A stretch of DNA of 64,000 nucleotides from positions 62,001 to 126,000 of the forward strand of contig MCFE01000132.1 in assembly GCA_002104905.1 (NCBI GenBank). The letters are read 5' to 3'. Every line of letters starts with the position of its first letter. Within the stretch, counting starts at the first letter, position 1. This document shows, piece by piece, positions 37,365-50,140 of this stretch. Both the position numbers and the translations under genes were made by a program. The notes under the pieces are model-generated. The model was not told the origin of the DNA, did no database searches, and saw only the letters and a list, made by a program, of their open reading frames with translations. Source of the DNA: Basidiobolus meristosporus CBS 931.73. Taxonomy: Eukaryota > Fungi > Basidiobolomycota.

Positions 37365-38871
37365 ATCACTCAACATTTTTGTTGTCGTTAAGATGAAAAT
37401 AAAAGTATCTGGTTAAATATTAGCGTATATATATATTGATTGAGGCACGTAGTCCAAGTGTTATGAAATCGCTCTTCTTGTGGGGTACCTGTGTTAACTC
37501 ACCTGTCACCCAAGGATAGAACGTATTTTACTAGTTTTGTTTACACCATGCGTAAATAATGAGCCGGATTGCTCATGATCCATAACAATGATAAAAATCG
37601 AATTATTTTTGTTTGAATCTTTTCACGGATGCTATCCACTTAGGAGCATCAAATTTGTTCAGATTCGAGGAAACTAGCAATTAGTTATTGCATGCTAGTT
37701 TGTTGTCCAAATGGAAATATATGAACTGGTGATTTTCATAGCTTGAACCCCAAACACTGGTGTATACTATGGCTAAACCCTTACCAGGGCATCTTGCGAT
37801 TGAGTAAAGATTGATCAACAACCTGAACATAATTAAATGCAGCCATTCCCATCAAATCTATCATATTTTTGATATGATACCTGATTATTATTTCAAGTTC
37901 TGTTTAATCCCTGCTTCGTCTAAGGTACTTTTTTGCAAGGTTTACCTGTTAGCTTGTTGAGATCATTGGACCGTTGCTAATGAGCAAAAAACCAACACTT
38001 AATGCCGGTAGCACGCTATAAATATTACCACGTCAAAAAATCCACTGGACAATATTTTAGCATTCATTCATGTGGCGCAATTAAAGCTCATCTCATTTCT
38101 TGATGAGCATTGATATTACGGAATATATGTCGCGTAGAGGATTCGATGATATTCTGAGAACGCACATCCTCAAAATTCCTACAGGTATCATGCAGCTGCA
38201 ATCCTCACTACCCAATGTGTAAAGGTTGAAGGTAGCATATGAAAAAATAAGTAATAATCAATAATTCTTCGCAGTCAGTCGGGTTGGCTTCCGAACTGTT
38301 CATACGAAATTGTGAAAGCCATACACTACAATACTCCTCAATGTAAACTAAGGTTATTGTGAGTATTTCAAAAGTAATAAAATGCCATCTTGGAAAGCAC
38401 ACTTAAGAGATTTCATTCACTTCAATGGACTTCACGCATCTTTTCTATGAGGTCAGGATTATCCGAGTATAGTCGGACCATTTGGTCCGATTGGGGTAAT
38501 CTACTTGCAAGTTGATCATTGATTAATGCGGATGATCAAGTTATCTCGGTATTCCAATCAATCAGTAACTGAGAGATTCAACGTTGATTGATCAGCAGTG
38601 AATATTTCTGCGAAGTTGTGAGGAAGGTGATTTCAGAAATCCTTGATATCACTGAGCGAATCGCTATTTTCCCTCGAGGCCATGCCCAATAGCGTAAATC
38701 ACGCACAAAAATCCCAGTTTCTCGCTTGGTCCAACGAAAAGCAGTGGTTGTTAATCATCGCTCTGACAACTATGGAAGCTGTATGGAATGTATTGAATTC
38801 ACTATAAAAAGGCACTCGTGGGTCCACCAAAATGGCAGAACACAAGCCTAACACTTCATCTACTTCGCAAT

Positions 38872-39215
38872 ATGGCCGGATCGGTGAGTACACATGCCCA
38901 CTCTATTCGTAATTCAATACAGTGGTCTGATCTTCATCTAATCCCCAGCATACATACAAATTCCAAGTTGGCATGACCTGCTCTGGTTGCACTGGTGCTG
39001 TCAACAGGGTTCTCACCAAGCTCAACGGTAACTGGCACATCTAGAAGCGAAACAATGTACTCGATAGGCACTAACCACCTTCCGTATTTCTCTTAGGCGT
39101 TACAAAAGTGGAGATTTCCTTGGAGCAACAGCTCGTTGTTGTTGAAGGGACCGCTTCTCAGGAGGAGATCATGAACACCATCAAGAAAACTGGCAAAACG
39201 GTGACTCCGCTTTGA
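38872..39215 (+). CDS. ATX1: ATX1 copper chaperone, second intact copy (3 exons, 69 aa)
   Basis: 344-bp span identical in structure to 32341-32684, with MTCSGC intact; the product ends KKTGKTVTPL. Confidence 0.93.
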
Positions 39216-40785
39216 AAACAGAGAGTACATGTTACAATGGACTCTCAGCATCGACCAGATACCTTCCTAATTACCCTGTACAATTGCCCAAATCTCCTGT
39301 TTAAATTTCCAATAAAATGCTTGCATGCTAAATACGAGCTATTGTATCCTCGGTATAATTCCCACACTAGGTTTGCACTGATTGCAGCCATTAGGTACGG
39401 TAAGACCTCACAACTTTGTTGACCGTTCGAACACACGGTCTATGCCCCAAATGAGTCCATGGTACGATTCATGTGGTAACGGTAGGATTTTCAATCCCAT
39501 CATTAAATTGAACATAAAGGATAGGTAGGGGAAATGCCAGAATGGACACAGTGAGAAAAGCGGGGTGGTTTAAGGTTCTTATGTATTTCAAATACCGACC
39601 AAAATTTCGGAAATTTATCAACGTTGAGTATGGAATCAATAATACGGTATATTTGAAATCAAGCGAGAAATCAATGTGGTGGTAAAATCGGGACTTGGGT
39701 GAATTACCTGATGAAACGGTTTCTCACTGGTGGTTACTGACCAGTTCACCCATCAAGCCTGGGTTGGAATCATCGATAGTACGCTCTGATCATCAACGTG
39801 ATTGAGAATTGCCGTCTGAATAGAATCGAACCTTCCCAGTAATCTGTCGCACCTAAAACACCGGAAATAACCCAGTCTTTTTACAGGCTCAGTTGCTTTA
39901 GGTATTCCGTCATAATTGTGGCCGATGGGTGGCTTCAATAATAATTCAGTAAACATCGATCACGTATTATGAGCATATACTTGCCATTCGCAAAGCTCAA
40001 AGGACTCTAGAGCGTGCTGATGATACCACGGTCTTCTACAGTATGATGAACTAATTGGTGAGATTATTAACCTCTGGCACTGATACCACCTTCGCCAAGA
40101 ATGACTGGGTTTCCCAGGTAATATGACTTCAACCCAAAACACCACTTAGTATCCATGATTATGACTGCTTGGCCCATCAAGATCTTAGAGCTGCAAAGCC
40201 AGATGGTTGACAAATTATTTGGTGATATAAGGTACGGCGTGATGGTTAGGATACGGACAAAAATATGATGATTTCGGCCGACAACTGTACTCTGTACTGC
40301 AGAGAAGCTACTTGGGACGCATATCCGGAGTATGGGTATCCTACATGTAACAAGCTCCATCTGCAAAAATATGCCAAATCGACTAAAATGGGAATCAGAA
40401 ATATTTCTCATCAAGTGATGGAATGATGTGCACGATATTCACACATGCATTCCCGAAATATGGAAGCGATCAGCGAGTGTTCCCAGAGATACACGATCCG
40501 ATGCATATTCTGAAAGAGATTGATTTGTACAGAAGCAGATATACGGGTTCTCAAGAGCCACCAATTACTTACAAGTGGTAAACCTGGACAGAGTTCATAT
40601 GATCTAAAGAAATCCCACCATTGCTCATGATTTATCTTATGTTTGATAGAATACCTTAGTAAATATAGAAGATGGAAGTCATATAGCATGGGAATGAGAA
40701 TTATGAGACATATTCATTGTCTATAACACTATAAAAAGTGACAAACAAGCGTGAAGCCAATTAACGAATTACATTACTCACCACT

Positions 40786-42050
40786 ATGGTCAATTTCCGT
40801 ACTTTCACTTTAGGCTCTCTGGTTGCCATTCTCTTGACTGCCCAACTGACCGAAGCTCAAATCGTCGACGTCTCCAACAAGTACATCGTCAAGATCAAGG
40901 AAGGTGCTGACTCCAACAAAGGTAGGAATGCAAGATCGTGGCATGATTGACATGGGAGGACCGTCTAACCAATACCTGCCGTTGCTCACTGTAGTTGACC
41001 AATTCCTGAAGACCAAGCTTGACCAGTACAACCGCGGTCGCAGTGGTAACAATGGCCTGAAGAATGAGCTCAAGAGCAAGTTCTCGTTGGAGAGCTTCAA
41101 CGCCTATGCCGGCACCCTCAGTCAAGGCTTGGTCTCCGAGCTCAAGGCTCATGGAGATGTTGAGTATGTCGAGGCTGAGCAAGTGTTCACCATCTCCGGT
41201 GTTCAGACTAACCCGCCAAGCTGGGGACTGCCAAGAATCTCTCAGCGTGCTCGTGACACCAGTGCCCCTTACAACTACCCCGACTCAGCTGGCGAGGGTG
41301 TGGATGTGTACATCATTGATACTGGCATCAATGTCAAGCACACTGACCTCGGTGGTAGAGCCACCCTCCCCGTGAGCTTCATCACTGGTGAGGCCACCGA
41401 CGACCTCAATGGCCATGGCACTCATGTGTCAGGTACTGTTGGCGGCAACACCTATGGAGTGGCCAAGAAGGCCAAGCTCATCGGAGTCAAGGTGCTGAGC
41501 GGTAGTGGAAGTGGCACCACCTCGGGAGTCATCTCAGGAGTCAACTGGGTTGCCGAGCAAGCCAAGAAGAGTGGCCGTAAGAGTGTCGCCAACATGTCAC
41601 TCGGCGGTGGCAACAGTGAGGCACTGAAGCAGGCTGTCAATGCTGCTGTCCAAGCTGGTGTCACCTTCATTGTTGCCGCTGGTAATGAGAGCCAAGATGC
41701 CTGCAACGTCTCCCCCGCCAACGCCGCTCAAGCATTCGCTGTTGGGGCCACCACCATCTCTGACACTCTGGCCAGCTTCAGCAACTACGGCAAATGTGTG
41801 AAGATCTTGGCCCCAGGCCAGGACATCACTTCTGCCTGGATTGGAGGCACCAACGCATCCAAGAAGATCTCTGGCACCAGTATGGCTAGTCCACATGTTG
41901 CTGGTGTTGCTGCGTTGTACTTGTCGCAAGGTGGATTGAACACCCCAGCCGAAGTCTACACTGCACTCCAATCCAAGGCCACCAAAGACGCCATTACCGG
42001 ATTGAAGGGCACCACTCCCTAATCTATTGGTATTCAACTCCAACCAGTAA
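40786..42050 (+). CDS. Secreted subtilisin S8A, copy S5; a 1-bp insertion near the 3' end (about 42016) removes the last 9 aa as assembled
   Basis: The span is 1265 bp versus 1264 in the other copies. It reads ACC ACT CCC TAA where S6 has ACC ACT CCT AAC and S2 has ACC ACC CCT AAC. The triad is intact. Confidence 0.9.
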
Positions 42051-42968
42051 AGGATCGAGTAATCATAGTATGATATACGTAAGATTGAATAAAGCCACCA
42101 CATTATCTACAATACTTGAAATTTATGGAACAAAGGCAAAAGGCATATTGTGACTTGCTTCAATCAGTTAAGAAATAACAACGCCATAAGTGCGACTATA
42201 ATTCAATCCTATTGTCTCTAGTTGCGGAAAACATCTAGCAATTTGTTGAGGTACGAGGTTTAGGAACGAAATTGGATGGTTGGAATCACAAGGACTCACC
42301 AAAAATTCGACATTTGGGCACTTTACAAGTAATAATATCGTGATAGGGATGTCACTAGGCAGTCAGGTGATATCCAGGTGTATTCAGGAGTTCATTCCGG
42401 ATATGTGGAAAGGATCGACAATGATTTCTGCATATTCAGTGGCAGAACCGGTTGGCTTCTCGATTGCGGGTGGTTCTAGTTTATTTGAAGTTTACCGTAA
42501 TCATGGAAATTCTGTGGGAAAAGTCACATCACGCCATAAATCAATGGAGATGGTAAGCAATGGCAATGTAGATTTCCTTCCGAGCTTCCCCCACGGCGAG
42601 GAATTCGAGAGAATTATTGTGAGATAAGCTCGAAATATGGAAATGATCAGCAGGCATGTGTTTACGTGTCCTATTAACTTGATCAATAACCAAGAGTAGA
42701 TGGCCATGGTAATTTTCAAGATTCCGATGCACGACAGTAAGCCGTACCAGTTTTTTCGTGTATGAGACAACTAGGTAACTCGAAGAAGAGTGATCATGGG
42801 AGAAATATTGCTCTGCATGTCGAGATCACTATTAACTTTGGATTATCAAAGGTAAAGTTCCCAAGGGTACTAAATATATGGTTCATAGAAATATACAATA
42901 TTGCGCACTATAAAAGAGGGCAACCAAGTGTTGAAACGCATCATCATTTTCTGATCTAATATTGTAGT

Positions 42969-44232
42969 ATGGTCAATTTCCGCACTTTCACTTTGGGTTC
43001 TCTGGTTGCCATTCTTCTGACTGCGCAACTTACTGAGGCTCAAATCGTCGACGTCTCCAACAAGTACATCGTCAAGATCAAGGAAGGTGCTGACTCCAAC
43101 AAAGGTAGGAATGCAAGATCGTGGCATGATTGACATGGCAGGACCGTCTAACCAATACCTGCCGTTGCTCACTGTAGTTGACCAATTCCTGAAGACCAAG
43201 CTTGACCAGTACAACCGCGGTCGCAGCGGTAACAATGGCCTGAAGAATGAGCTCAAGAGCAAGTTCTCGTTGGAGAGCTTCAACGCCTATGCCGGCACCC
43301 TCAGTCAAGGCTTGGTCTCCGAGCTCAAGGCTCATGGAGATGTTGAGTATGTCGAGGCTGAGCAAGTGTTCACCATCTCCGGTGTTCAGACTAACCCGCC
43401 AAGCTGGGGACTGCCAAGAATCTCTCAGCGTGCTCGTGACACCAGTGCCCCTTACAACTACCCCGACTCAGCTGGCGAGGGTGTGGATGTGTACATCATT
43501 GATACTGGCATCAATGTCAAGCACACCGACCTCGGTGGTAGAGCCACCCTCCCCGTGAGCTTCATCACTGGTGAGGCCACTGACGACCTCAATGGCCATG
43601 GCACTCATGTGTCAGGTACTGTTGGCGGCAACACCTATGGTGTGGCCAAGAAGGCCAAGCTCATCGGAGTCAAGGTGCTGAGTGGTAGTGGAAGTGGCAC
43701 CACCTCGGGAGTCATCTCAGGAGTCAACTGGGTTGCCGAGCAAGCCAAGAAGAGTGGCCGTAAGAGTGTCGCCAACATGTCGCTCGGCGGTGGCAACAGT
43801 GAGGCACTGAAGCAGGCTGTCAATGCTGCTGTCCAAGCTGGCGTCACCTTCATTGTTGCCGCTGGTAATGAGAGCCAAGATGCCTGCAACGTCTCCCCTG
43901 CCAACGCCGCTCAAGCATTCGCTGTTGGGGCCACCACCATCTCTGACACTCTGGCCAGCTTCAGCAACTACGGCAAGTGCGTGAAGATCTTGGCCCCGGG
44001 CCAGGACATCACTTCTGCCTGGATTGGAGGAACCAACGCATCCAAGAAGATCTCTGGCACCAGTATGGCTAGTCCACATGTTGCTGGTGTTGCTGCGTTG
44101 TACTTGTCGCAAGGTGGATTGAACACTCCAGCCGAAGTCTACACTGCACTCCAATCCAAGGCCACCAAAGACGCCATTACCGGATTGAAGGGCACCACTC
44201 CTAACCTATTGGTATTCAACTCCAACCAGTAA
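42969..44232 (+). CDS. Secreted subtilisin S8A, copy S6 (2 exons, 396 aa)
   Basis: Same 1264-bp structure and intact triad; TATA at about 42909. Confidence 0.95.
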
Positions 44233-44941
44233 ATCAAGCGGTACCGAATACCGGTACATTCCTATGTCACGATCACGTATAGGCGAATAAAGTCACGATA
44301 CCTTCATTACTAAGAAATTATGGCATCACCCGTCGTAGTAATTTGATGTATTTGGTAATTTTTACGACTGCTAGTGCCAGGAATGTGGATGTATTTCGAT
44401 TCCGCAGTTGGAATTTATGATCATTCTGAGTGGAACGGCATTCGGGTAGGAAAGAAAAATGGCTGGGATCACAAGCACAATCTAAAATTGCGCCATTTTG
44501 GCACTTCGCATTCAAAACGGTATATAAGGAAAGCTGTTGGATGGTGCCATAACCACATTGATTGTTTCTGTGAAAATGTTCACGCCCACTCCTGATATGT
44601 GGAAAGGATCAGCAATCGTTCGTTCGTGTGCTGATCGATACTATATTGGCCATTGACTTCCACTTGATACATTTTTCTCAAAGCTTCAGAAATGGGAGTA
44701 TTCCTGTTTACTACAACTGCACATATCAAGTGATGGCCGAATACCTGTAATCACCGACTGGCTTGAAGTATGATAATCAGTCTAGTGCCGTCATTACTTG
44801 CCGTGTGAAAGCATTATCAAAGTCACGATATATGTTGACGGACATTATTACAACTCAATAAACCATGGGTTTGAAAAGGCTATATAAGAGGCTAATGAGC
44901 CATTACCTAACGATATCAATACCGCCGAAAATCAATCTACC

Positions 44942-46205
44942 ATGGTCAACTTCCGCACTTTCACTTTGGGCTCTCTGGTTGCCATTCTTCTGACCGCGCA
45001 ACTTACTGGGGCTCAAATCGTCGACGTCTCCAACAAGTACATCGTCAAGATCAAGGAAGGTGCTGACTCCAACAAAGGTAGGAATGCAAGATCGTGGCAT
45101 GATTGACATGGCAGGACCGTCTAACCAATACCTGCCGTTGCTCACTGTAGTTGACCAATTCCTGAAGACCAAGCTTGACCAGTACAACCGCGGTCGCAGT
45201 GGTAACAATGGCCTGAAGAATGAGCTCAAGAGCAAGTTCTCGTTGGAAAGCTTCAACGCCTATGCCGGCACCCTCAGTCAAGGCTTGGTCTCCGAGCTCA
45301 AGGCTCATGGAGATGTTGAGTATGTCGAGGCTGAGCAAGTGTTCACCATCTCCGGTGTTCAGACTAACCCGCCAAGCTGGGGACTGCCAAGAATCTCTCA
45401 GCGTGCTCGTGACACCAGTGCCCCTTACAACTACCCCGACTCAGCTGGCGAGGGTGTGGATGTGTACATCATTGATACTGGCATCAATGTCAAGCACACC
45501 GACCTCGGTGGTAGAGCCACCCTCCCCGTGAGCTTCATCACTGGTGAGGCCACTGACGACCTCAATGGCCATGGCACTCATGTGTCAGGTACTGTTGGCG
45601 GCAACACCTATGGTGTGGCCAAGAAGGCCAAGCTCATCGGAGTCAAGGTGCTGAGTGGTAGTGGAAGTGGCACCACCTCGGGTGTCATCTCAGGAGTCAA
45701 CTGGGTTGCCGAGCAAGCCAAGAAGAGTGGCCGTAAGAGTGTCGCCAACATGTCGCTCGGCGGTGGCAACAGTGAGGCACTGAAGCAGGCTGTCAATGCT
45801 GCTGTCCAAGCTGGTGTCACCTTCATTGTTGCCGCTGGTAATGAGAGCCAAGATGCCTGCAACGTCTCCCCCGCCAACGCCGCTCAAGCATTCGCTGTTG
45901 GGGCCACCACCATCTCTGACACTCTGGCCAGCTTCAGCAACTACGGCAAGTGCGTGAAGATCTTGGCCCCTGGCCAGGACATCACCTCTGCCTGGATTGG
46001 AGGCACCAACGCATCCAAGAAGATCTCTGGCACCAGTATGGCTAGTCCACATGTTGCTGGTGTTGCTGCGTTGTACTTGTCGCAAGGTGGATTGAACACT
46101 CCAGCCGAAGTCTACACTGCACTCCAATCCAAGGCCACCAAAGACGCCATTACCTGATTGAAGGGCACCACCCCTAATCTATTGGTATTCAATTCCAATC
46201 AATAA
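44942..46205 (+). CDS. Secreted subtilisin S8A, copy S7; GGA>TGA nonsense at 46155 truncates the last 16 aa
   Basis: Same 1264-bp span and intact triad. The premature stop follows KDAIT. Confidence 0.88.
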
Positions 46206-47187
46206 GTTTGCTATTTTTTTGTGATCGAAGTGGAAATAAAAGTTGGCAGTTAAGTTATTACATGAAATACGTACCAGGCAGGGCAAACAGCATGAGTTCT
46301 AGTTTATTGAGAAATGGTCTTGGCTTGAAGCAGATTTGTTAAAAGTGTGCTCTTTGCTGCTGGTTTATTGAGAGTGCAGAATAATTATTGGTCTGCAAAG
46401 CGTACTATTGAATTACGCTATGGAAGGTCGCTAATAGACGTGTGTAAAACTCATCCGTTCAATGACTTAACGGTTGGCATATCAGCAAAAATATCTTTGA
46501 AATACATATTCCATTGTCTGAATCGAAGCACTAGTACTTAACATTTCTTCAATGAAAAAAAGCAGTGCAGCACAATCAACTACTGAAGTAGATTACATGG
46601 AAATCTAAGAAATAAACAATCTAATATTAAAGACTGCCATGTTGTAGTAGAACCATATAAACATGCTTTTCCCATTCTTTGAATTCCAAGGTGACTAATA
46701 CGCATGACTGTTAAACCGTTATCAAGATCATATATGTTCTTTTAGCGACGCATGTCGAGATTAGTTAACAGCCTAGAAGTACTTCAGTGGGAGTGTTGCA
46801 AACAATTAATCTTGCAATACATAAAATTGGATGTTTTTGCACTTGTTTCATTTCACAATCATTTCCAGAGTTTTCACCCAACAGAACCATTAGCTATACG
46901 TACACATTCAAAATACTTCAAGTTACTTTCCAAACTCTCTCTTCTCTTTCCCTTACGAATCTTTCGGAGGATCATAAATCCATCAGATTACTCTACTTCC
47001 CAATAAGCGCTTGTAACCAGCAGCCATGAAATATGAAAAGTAAATGACCTTTGTAATTCGCGGAAGCATGTCCCAAGTATAAACTATCTTAGTGTTGGTT
47101 ATGCTACGGTGATGGAATATTATAAATGAAAAGACCCTGACATGTGGAGGAAGTATTTTATTTCTATAGGCCATGGTTAAATGCCGT

Positions 47188-49370
47188 TCAAGATCCCACA
47201 TATTTCAATCCAAATAGATATACAGCTCGCTTTGGTCCCAGTCTTCCGGTTCGAAATTTGAAGATATTATACTCAGCAGATAGATGCAGGTATACTTCTT
47301 GTAGCGGAATCATCCGGAAATTTGGTGTACACCTCCTAGCATAGTATAACGTTGATCTGTCCTCAAACTCACTCTCCTTGATGCAGAAACCATGTTGTAT
47401 AAGCGACGACAAACCATTCACAGTGATTTGACTTGTATCACCCAGAATTTCGAAATCCCCATCAAGAAAGGCCCTCACAATGTCTCCCTGGCCCCAGAAT
47501 TGGTCAGTAACATCGAGGATCGCTCGGCACCAGTTTATACACTGTTCTTTGTAGTAGAGCTACGCTCCTCGTATAATCCATCGAAAGAATTCGCTACGCA
47601 TCTCAATCGAATCAACCAACACCTCATGGACCAAGTTGCCGCTCTTTCTAAATCGCGTTTCAGGCTCGTCTTCTTTCATTGTCGGATCGAATAGCTTTTA
47701 TACGTGCCACCACGGCTGGGTCCGGTGATTTCTCGCGCAGCACATTTGTCATGATAACAACCGGCTTCTGGATGCTGAAGGTATCTTTTTTGTATGCCGC
47801 TCGTACGACAGTAGCACCTCGAAAGTCCAAATCCTCTCTCTCGTTCAGTTCGTTAACGATTACGCACCTTACACCCACGATCAGCTGTGAAGTTTGGGCG
47901 TTGATAGCCGAGCGAGTCTTGTTGTACAAGATACATCTGTGGAGATCTGCGACCAGGTTGCTGAGGCTGTAACCAGTTTCATCCTTGACATAATTGGTTT
48001 CTTGTAAATGCTGTTCAATGGTCTTCATCTCCAGGAAATCTCGGATGCTCATTTTGTCGGCTGGATCAACGCATTTGAGCTTGGGCGAAGTGGCATTCAG
48101 ATCACCAACCATGACTGATTTTAACAGACGGCAACAGAGACCCTTACCATTATGTCCAGAGCCATATAGGAGCAAGCTATTGTGAATGTCTGTCCTCCCC
48201 GTTAGACTATATTCAAGGAGCATTTGAACGTTTCTAACAAGCTCACTATAATCAGCAGGCCAGCAATCAGAAAAGAGCACTCTCAAAAAAGATAACCTTG
48301 GCAACGGGGCATCCAAATCAGCTTCGGCAGTGTCTTTGCCTTGCCAAGGGGTATGGACAATTTGAGAGATGTACAAATTCGTAACAGGGCTATGAAGCGC
48401 TCCAGTTTTTAGATACCTAAACTTCTGTGAATTGGTATTCGCGTCTTTTTCTTGGGTAGCGGAGCCTTGGGGCTTGAGGTTGGTTAGGTTGGAACTCGAC
48501 CCAGAGGTGAAGTTTTCTTTTCGTTTCCTTTCCTTTCCATACTAGGCAAGATTGTAAAGTTGCATCCCGTTGATTTGTGATAGACTGGGGAGTGATCGAT
48601 ACCTACCGTGCTCTCAACAGTCATGTGGATATTCACTGACAGAATATCTCTCGCTGTGGTGTGTTGAAAGCAATGAGGTAAGCGGAAGGCCTTCTTTTGG
48701 TTACATACCGAAGAGTCCGGTTGTTTAGTTTCAATAGTAGGTTTGCTTCGGATTCTCCGCAGTCGGCACGTTCAACGATATTGGCCATTGTTTTGTTGAA
48801 AAGTGCATCTTCCTCCTGGATATCACCAAAAACGTAGAGACTATCGCCCCTCACAATATTGGTAACCGTATGCCAGTTACACTTTGCATATCCAGTCGCT
48901 TTGAATGGCTGCTGATTCTTGGACCAGCGCAAGTCAGACGCTTTCACTTCGAAGCCCAAAGATTCGCCGTACTCTTCATTGAACACTTGCAAATTTATGC
49001 TCCGTAATTATTTCACTGAATTTAGCGGCTGGTGTTGCTCCGCGACAAGATCCTCTCCAACACGGTAAACTCCACTCAGGACAACCATGAATACAACCTC
49101 ATGCCAGTCACGTTTCGACTCGTCACCTGCAGCGAAACAAGTGGCAACTGGGGCCTCCTTGACAAACTGTAGGAACGAAGAGATATGTTCGATGACCGCA
49201 TAGTTGGACAGTCCATCCTTTACAATAACCCCTTTCCTTTGCTTCTTCAGCTTTAACGCCTCCAACTGTGGGTTCTCTGCCTCGACTAAGAATCCAACCC
49301 CTCGTCGAAGAAAACCCTTTAGCGCAGTAACCGGCATATCACGCAAATTGCCTGAAGTGAACGGGCACAA
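47188..49370 (-). pseudogene. Decayed D5-type (SF3) primase-helicase gene, intronless, probably of viral/Polinton-like origin
   Basis: D5_N-like LKTGALHSPVTNLYISQI; YSLTG..LLLYGSGHNGKG (Walker A, 48140-48163); GVRCVIVNE (Walker B); VIMTN (motif C). After a frameshift at about 47690 it reads FRWIIRGA*LYYKE..VTDQFWGQGDIVRAFLD and continues to RTGRLGPKRAVYLFGLK*. Upstream ORFs 48633-48992 and 49008-49370 are on the same strand but their identity is unknown. Confidence 0.75.
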
Positions 49371-50140
49371 GTACCTACTAGTACGTTGTTTTTCTTGAAA
49401 AAAAAACTTCCATGACGTGTCTCTCCCTAGCCCTAATCTATTTCATGAGCACTGCAGAGCGGAGAAGTTTGGTCTACATGGCTTGTATCGCGACACCATG
49501 CCCATCAAACTTCGCATTGATACTGATCCACAAGGAAGAATTATCACGTGATTTTCGGATGGAATGTTGATGCAGACAAACTTGGTTGCAAACATACTGG
49601 TAGCATGTTGCATAGTTTAGATATTACTACCAGTCTCACCAAACTAAGATTCAGTCATTGCCAGGAGATAGCCAAGCACGACCGAGATATCACAGCCCAA
49701 TACCGAGACTGAATGACTGTGGTAGCGAAGATCGTAGAGTGTGAATTAACCTGCTCAAAAGATAATGAGGGTGTATGAATATTGATTATGAGGACTGCAA
49801 CCTACTCCTATCACCTTGAAAATCCAGGCTAATTCATTCAAATTCCATATTTAATTCACACTTCTCCCCCCCCCCACCGAATTTGACTAATTGCCACATG
49901 ATCTTGAGGAGTGCTACGATTCCGTAGCAGCCGCAGTGGGGAAATTATGGGACTCTTCAATCATGCGATAGTTTGGCGGGAAAAATTCGGTGTCTATGTT
50001 GAAGTTAAAAGTGGAACTGGATTCCAAGTTGGGTGCAATCCTCCGTACCATTTATTCTACGTCATTTTGGCATACCAAGTGTGAAGTACTAACGAGAAAT
50101 TTTGTTCGTTGTATTTCCCTGCTTTATCCCCCTTTCGACC

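Noticed and set aside
49912-49929. 7-bp-stem hairpin tgctacg-attc-cgtagca (possible Helitron end or terminator)
   Set aside because: There is no CTRR terminus at the expected distance on either strand, and so short a stem is common by chance.
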